Assembly (NCBI GenBank): GCA_002269645.1
Contig: NIVC01002197.1
Span: 1 to 64,000 of the forward strand
From: Macrostomum lignano
Lineage: Eukaryota
Direction: 5' to 3'
Length of the DNA: 64,000 bases
A program made the translations under genes and the position numbers. Positions 39,351 to 64,000 of the stretch are shown here, piece after piece; the first letter of the stretch is position 1; every line of letters begins with the position of its first letter. The notes under the pieces are model-generated. The model was not told where the DNA came from. It saw nothing but the letters and a program-made list of their open reading frames with translations, and searched no databases.

Positions 39351-40089
39351 CTGAATAGCTTTGAGGGTTTTGAGATAGAGTTTAGTCGTTTGTACATGAA
39401 ATTTCAAAGTTCGACATACATTTTGAAGGTTGCAATATGAAATTTAACAATAATTCTGCAGATTTTCCCGAAAACATTTGAACGCTGTAAAATAAGGTCT
39501 AATGAATTATGTTTCATCAACTCCGTGCATTAAGTCACACTGCACTGCACTTTGGTATTGTTATAACTAGCTGGGAGAACTGGCGAGTTTTTGCTCAACC
39601 ACACACGCGGAGGCGGGAGAGACACACGGAGGCTGAGAAAGCACAAAACACTGAGAGCGAGAGGGCCGAGGGATCTGAGGCGAGCGCGGGCTTGGCTAGA
39701 GAATAAAAGAAGAAGAGAATTAAGAGGGCCCTGTGCCGCGGGTTCAGGCAGCTTGGCTGCACTTGCTCCCGTCTCGCCGGTCGATGATGAAGCCGCTTGG
39801 GACCGGACCGCAGCTTCCCTTTTTCCACCGGACTCCCCTCCGCGCCTAGATGAAGCCTCCAGTAGCCAGGCAACCCAGCCTCTCCCCTTGTCTGTGCGCT
39901 TTGCTTTGACAAAAATCCGTATTTTCGATCCCTGATCTGCAATCTCTAACCATTCTCTCTGCTCTCGCTAGTAATTGTCACTGCTGGACCGGGCGCTCTG
40001 TGCTCAGTTGCTTCTGCACACTGGCTGTTCCCACACTGCCTATCCATGCTGCCTGTCTATCTGTCCACACTGCCTATCCATGCTGCCTG

Positions 40090-40883
<794 letters not shown>

Positions 40884-41977
40884 ATTTCATATAATCTCAT
40901 CTATCATATTTCAAGCCATTTCTGCAGAGTCAGTTAGTTGTCAGTTTCCAGTAATAGCAGATTTTATCCATTTCTTTTTATCCATTCATAATGGATCGTC
41001 GACCTGCATATTAAAGCATCTTTATGCATCTCAGATCAAAGGAACCTAATTAGCAGTCTGTTGCTTTGCCTTCCGGGGAACAGCAGCTGCGCACCCATCT
41101 CTGTTTCCGAGGCTGTTGGTTATTTTTGCCAACTAAATTGTTATGTTCAATTTCACTGGCATCGTCAAGCGGCAGTCTTCACTTTTAAAGGAAGTCAAAT
41201 AGAGTTGATAGTCTTGAAGTGAAGTATTAGCTAATATTTTTAGTATAATGGATTATAATAGTGCGAGTGTAGTGCATTTGTGCTGCTTGTTAGAATAAAT
41301 ACTGCATACACACAGCTTCCTACTATTATTAGTAAAAATCTGTTATTATGAGTTATTGTCATTAAATGATTTAAATTACAGGATAAACAACAAATATTAG
41401 GTTTAAGGCTAATCACAAAGAATCCTGGAAATTCCCCATTCTCTAACTTTCCATTCCCGAAAATTACCCATCCTAAAAATTCCCATCCACAGAATCCACG
41501 AAATTCCCCATCCCAATAAAAAAATTTCTTTGCAGAAATTCCCCATTCCTAAAGTGCCATATTCTTGAAATTCATAAAGCTTTCCAAATTCTGAAAATCG
41601 ATGTTTTAATTTTTTTCAACGTTATCCAAAATTTTGTTATTATGAATTACTACCATAGGTAATTATTATTTCTACAGCAGGACTCAAATGCCTTATTGGA
41701 CCATTACAGAGGCAGCTGAGCCTGGCCTGAGGTCAGCAGGAAGCTCTCCTGCTCACGCGCAGTCGAGCAGCAGCAGCGGTGGCGGCGGCGCCAGCAGGAA
41801 CTGCCTGACAGTCAGACGAGGCACCTTGCTGAGGATGGCCAGCGCCGACTATCCGCCAAGCTCGTCAGCTGAGGCTGCGGCGGCTTCAGCGGTGCTGCAC
41901 TCGGCAACCAGGGCCAGGAGCTTGAGGCATCAGTGAGTCAAAGATGCTATGAACTTTTGGCGGTGACATCGGACAAG

Positions 41978-42843
41978 ATTAGTGAGTGCAGGGGCGGTGA
42001 CATCAAAGGACTTTTTAGATTAGTAAGTGACGGTGACATCAAAGGATTCTTTAGATTAGTGAGTGGCGGTTACATCAAACGATTCTTAAATTGGTAAGTG
42101 ACGGTGACATCAAAAGATTCTTTAGATTAGTAAGTGACGGTGACATCAAAAGATTCTTTAGATTAGTAAGTGACGGTGACATCAAAAGATTCTTTAGATT
42201 AGTAAGTGACGGTGACATCAAACGATTCTTTAGATTAGTAAGTGACGGTGACATCAAAGGATTCTTTAGATTAGTAAGTGGCGGTGACATCAAAAGATTC
42301 TTTAGATTAGTAAGTGGCGGTGACATCAAAAGATTCTTTAGATTAGTAAGTGACGGTGACATCAAAGGATTCTTTAGATTAGTAAGTGGCGGTGACATCA
42401 AACGATTCTTTAGATTAGTAAGTGGCGGTGACATCAAAGGATTCTATAGATTAGTAAGTGGCGGTGACATCAAAGGATTCTTTAGATTAGTAAGTGGCGG
42501 TGACATCAAACGATTCTTAAATTAGTAAGTGGCGGTGACATCAAAGGATTCTTTAGATTAGTAAGTGGCGGTGACATCAAACGATTCTTAAATTAGTAAG
42601 TGGCGGTGACATCAAACGATTCTATAGATTAGTAAGTGGCGGTGACATCAAAGGATTCTTTAGATTAGTAAGTGGCGGTGACATCAAACGATTCTATAGA
42701 TTAGTAAGTGGCGGTGACATCAAAAGATTCTTTAGATTAGTAAGTGGCGGTGACATCAAAGGATTCTTTAGATTAGTAAGTGGCGGTGACATCAAAGGAT
42801 TCTTTAAATTAGTAAGTGACGGTGACATCAAAGAATTCTTAAA
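41978..42843 (+). repeat. 36-bp minisatellite (gattagtaagtggcggtgacatcaaaggattcttta), ~24 copies
   Basis: Direct inspection. Confidence 0.96.
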
Positions 42844-43329
42844 TACATAGGACCCTCTAGCAGATTTAGTTTATCCATGAAGTCGCATCGAAATCTATTG
42901 TCTATTTTGTGTGAACCAAAACATGCAATCCATGTTTTTCTCCCCTAAAGCTTTTACCTGCCACCGCTTGGCCGCCACTGTCGCCGCTGCAGCCTACTGA
43001 GTTTTGCATGGTAGTAGCAATAATAGAATATTGAATTCCAAATTTAACAAAACAACAAACTAATAAAAATTGCCTTTGTAAGTACTGAGTTTTTTTTCGG
43101 AAAATCGTGTGCAAAATTTTTATCGATTTAATCGACTAAAATCCGCAAAAAAATTCGATCATTTTTAATCAACTCGTAGTTGAAGGTTCTCAGTTTGGGT
43201 ATAGTTTTTTGAATTATAAATTGTTACATTTATGACAGAGTTTTATTGCCAACTGCTTTCTATGCCATGCTCTAAAGAAAAAATATTTTTAAAAGAATTC
43301 AGGCAATTCTTTGGTAAAAATTCGCGAAA

Positions 43330-44010
43330 ATTTGAAGGGAGAGGAAAGAGAAAGGAGACAGGGAGAGAGGGAGAGAGGGGATAGAGGCAGGGAGAGAGGA
43401 AGGGAGAGTGAGAGAGGAAGAGAGAGTGAGAGAGGAAGAGAGAGGGAAAGAGGGAGAGATGGAGGGAGAGGGAGAGGGAGAGAAGGAGGGAGAAGGAGAG
43501 TGAGGGAGAGGGGTGGAGAGAGGGAGAGGAAGAGGGAGATATGAAGGCAGAGAGAAAGGGAGAGTGAGAAAGGGAAATAGGAAGGGAGATGGAGAGAGAG
43601 GGAGAGAGGTGGAGAAAGGGAGAGGAAGAGGGAGATATGAAGGCAGAGAGAAAGGGAGAGTGAGAAAGGGAAATAGGAAGGGAGATGGAGAGAGAGGGAG
43701 AGGGGTGGAGAAAGGGAGAGGAAGAGGGAGATATGAAGGCAGAGAGAAAGGGAGAGTGAGAAAGGGAAATAGGAAGGGAGATGGAGAGAGAGGGAGAGGG
43801 GTGGAGAGAGGGAGAGAGAGGGAGAGAGAGGGAGAGGGAGAGAGGAAGGCAGAGAGAAAGGGAGAGTGAGAAAGGGAAATAGGAAGGGAGATGGAGAGAG
43901 AGGGAGAGAGGTGGAGAGAGGAAGAGAGAGGGGGATTTGAAGACAGAGAGAAAGGGAGAGTGAGAAAGGGAAATAGGAAGGGAGATGGAGAGAGAGGGAG
44001 AGAGGCGGAG
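43330..44010 (+). repeat. GA-rich polypurine tract with internal higher-order duplications
   Basis: Direct inspection. Confidence 0.9.
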
Positions 44011-44369
44011 AGGACTGAGCAAACAAGAAATTCTGGCAAAAAGACACAAATTGTGCAGGTAGCCAGTTAGTTGCAAAGCACTGGAACGCACCTGGGCATC
44101 AGAGGGACACACAGGTTTTGTTAAGAGGCAGCTGCAGCCCTTTGAACAGAGAAGGTTTGAAAAATGGGCAGGCACAATATTAGCTATTGGAATAAAGACA
44201 GATGGGTGGTGGGGTTAGGAGAGGTAAAACCAGACAGACAAGAACGCACTGTACACCAACCCCCTCGGTGGCCCTCCCCTAATCCTTCCTAAGTCGGGGA
44301 CTACTAGTATAAGATAGAACTTCTGGATTGGAAACCAATATTTATTTCCTATCCAAAAAGGCCGACTGC

Positions 44370-45065
44370 TATTTTGCAATGATGTACCGATGCTGTGATA
44401 TACTGATGCAATAATGTACTGATGCAATAATGTACTGATGCAGTGATGTACTGATGCGGTGATGTACTGATGCAATCATGAACTGATGCAATGATGTACT
44501 GATGCAGTGATGTACTGATGCAGTGATGTACTGATGCAGTGATGTACTGATGCAGTGATGTACTGATGCAGTGATGTACTGATGCAGTGATGTACTGATG
44601 CGGTGATGTACTGATGCAGTGATGTACTGATGCAGTGATGTACTGATGCAGTGATGTACTGATGCAATCATGAACTGATGCAATGATGTACTGATGCAGT
44701 GATGTACTGATGCAGTGATGTACTGATGCAGTGATGTACTGATGCAGTGATGTACTGATGCAATCATGAACTGATGCAGTGATGTACTGATGCAGTGATG
44801 TACTGATGCAGTGATGTACTTATGCAATGATGTACTTATGCAGTGATGTACTGATGCAGTGATGTACTTATGCAATGATGTACTGATGCAGTGATGTACT
44901 GATGCAGTGATGTACTTATGCAATGATGTACTTATGCAGTGATGTACTGATCCAATAATGTACTGATGCAATCATGAACTGATGCGGTGATGTACCGATG
45001 CAATAATGTACTGATGCAATCATGTACTGACAGTGATGTACTGATGCAATGATGTAATGATGTAT
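44370..45065 (+). repeat. 16-bp minisatellite (gatgtactgatgcagt), ~43 copies
   Basis: Direct inspection. Confidence 0.95.
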
Positions 45066-45076
45066 TGATGCATACA

Positions 45077-45145
45077 GGTGTACAACAGCCTTGGCTTTCT
45101 AATCGTCCGGCATGTACAATCTCTGTGCTTCAATGGTTGGCCCTC
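45077..45145 (+). other. Short dispersed structured element, copy 3 of 3 (more diverged)
   Basis: GGTGTACAACAGCCTTGGCTTTCTAATCGTCCGGCATGTACAAT..GGTTGGCCCTCA. Confidence 0.6.
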
Positions 45146-45563
45146 ACGGATGTGAATTAATCGCACGACAACCCCACCCCTCAGGCCAATTGTCGTGCAC
45201 AAATTTTCGGGTCTGCATGCCAGCCTCATGGTGTAGAGTGATGGCATTTTCCTGTGAAGTTTTCCTCTGTGTCTTTCCAGACAGATTATTTTAGTGCTTC
45301 ACGCCCGAGCCAATCCCAGTGCCCCTCCCCTCCTGTATAATGAGGATTCAGCAACTCCCCTTCTCTTCCACCAACCGCTTCAGCTCTTCTTTCTTCCAAG
45401 GGATTTTACAATCCAGCGATCGTTCCTTTATTAAACTGAACCAACCTGGCAGTCAGTCTGCTTAGATCCTGTCTGCCTTCCTTTCGATTCCCCTCCTCCA
45501 GACTATTGAATTAGCCACTGCAATCGGAGCAGATAGATTAGCAATTTATATGAAACCGCATCC

Positions 45564-62801
<17,238 letters not shown>

Positions 62802-62821
62802 TGAGAATAGTTCGCTTGCTT

Positions 62822-64000
62822 GTAACATTAAGTGGACTGAAGTAGACAGGTGAGAGATGAGAGAGAAGTAGACAGGGGACAGATAAGAGAGAAGTAGACA
62901 GGGGAGAGATAAGAGAGAAGTACATGTAGACAGGTGAGAGATAAGAGAGAAGTAGACAGAGGAGAGATAAGAGAGAAGTAGACAGGGGAGAGATAAGAGA
63001 GAAGTAAACAGGTGAGAGATAAGAGAGAAGTAGACAGGGGAGAGATAAGAGAGAAGTAGACAGGGGAGAGATAAGAGAGAAGTAAACAGGTGAGAGATAT
63101 GAGAGAAGTAGACAGGTGAGAGATAAGAGAGAAGTAGACAGATGAGAGATAACAGAGAAGTAGACAGGTGAGAGATAAGAGAGAAGTAGACAGGTGAGAG
63201 ATAAGAGAGAAGTAGACAGGGGAGAGATAAGAGAGAAGTAAACAGGTGAGAGATAAGAGAGAAGTAGACAGGTGAGAGATATGAGAGAAGTAGACAGGTG
63301 AGAGATAAGAGAGAAGTAGACAGGTGAGAGATAAGAGAGAAGTAGACAGATGAGAGATAAGAGAGAAGTAGACAGGTGAGAGATGAGAGAGAAGTAGACA
63401 GGTGAGGGATGAGGGAGAAGTAGACAGGTGAAAGATGAGAGAGAAGTAGACAGGTGAGAGATAAGAGAGAAATAAACAGGTGAGAGATAAGAGAGAAGTA
63501 GACAGGGGAGAGATAAGAGAGAAGTAAACAGGTGAGAGATAAGAGAGAAGTAGACAGGTGAGAGATATGAGAGAAGTAGACAGGTGAGAGATAAGAGAGA
63601 AGTAGACAGGTGAGAGATAACAGAGAAGTAGACAGGTGAGAGATAAGAGAGAAGTAGACAGGTGAGAGATAACAGAGAAGTAGACAGGTGAGAGATAAGA
63701 GAGAAGTAGACAGGGGAGAGATAAGAGAGAAGTAAACAGGTGAGAGATAAGAGAGAAGTAGACAGGTGAGAGATATGAGAGAAGTAGACAGGTGAGAGAT
63801 AAGAGAGAAGTAGACAGGTGAGAGATAAGAGAGAAGTAGACAGATGAGAGATAAGAGAGAAGTAGACAGGTGAGAGATATGAGAGAAGTAGACAGGTGAG
63901 AGATAAGAGAGAAATAAACAGGTGAGAGATAAGAGAGAAGTAGACAGGTGAGAGATAAGAGAGAAGTAGACAGGGGAGAGATATGAGAGAAGTAGACAGG
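62822..64000 (+). repeat. 26-bp minisatellite (gtagacaggtgagagataagagagaa), >=45 copies, open at the window end
   Basis: Direct inspection. Confidence 0.96.

Overview
Repeat-rich animal genomic DNA with GT-AG spliceosomal introns. It is most consistent with a flatworm such as Macrostomum; this is an inference from gene style, minisatellite load and a PROF1-like GPCR. Four protein genes could be reconstructed by hand with phase-consistent exons: (1) an 8-exon L-fucose kinase FCSK (+, ~1376-14463); (2) a single-exon rhodopsin-class peptide GPCR nested antisense in FCSK intron 4 (-, 7598-8722); (3) a divergent 4-exon F-actin capping protein beta (+, 24655-27479); (4) a copine (+, from ~45564, running off the 3' end) whose C2A domain appears to have lost its Ca2+ ligands while C2B keeps its CBR1 aspartates. 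Mobile DNA: two copies of a tRNA-headed SINE, an RNase H-bearing non-LTR fragment, an internally deleted Ty3/Gypsy relic, an RTE-like LINE tail and a 3'-truncated Chapaev-type transposase with a RAG1-N-terminal-like zinc motif. About 30 different tandem arrays fill the introns; most long ORFs in the track are artefacts of these arrays. The most unusual signals are intronic arrays built of tandem 5' splice-site consensus motifs next to real donors, and a 3-copy ~70-nt element with apparently covarying stems. No rRNA, true tRNA gene or CRISPR array was found.
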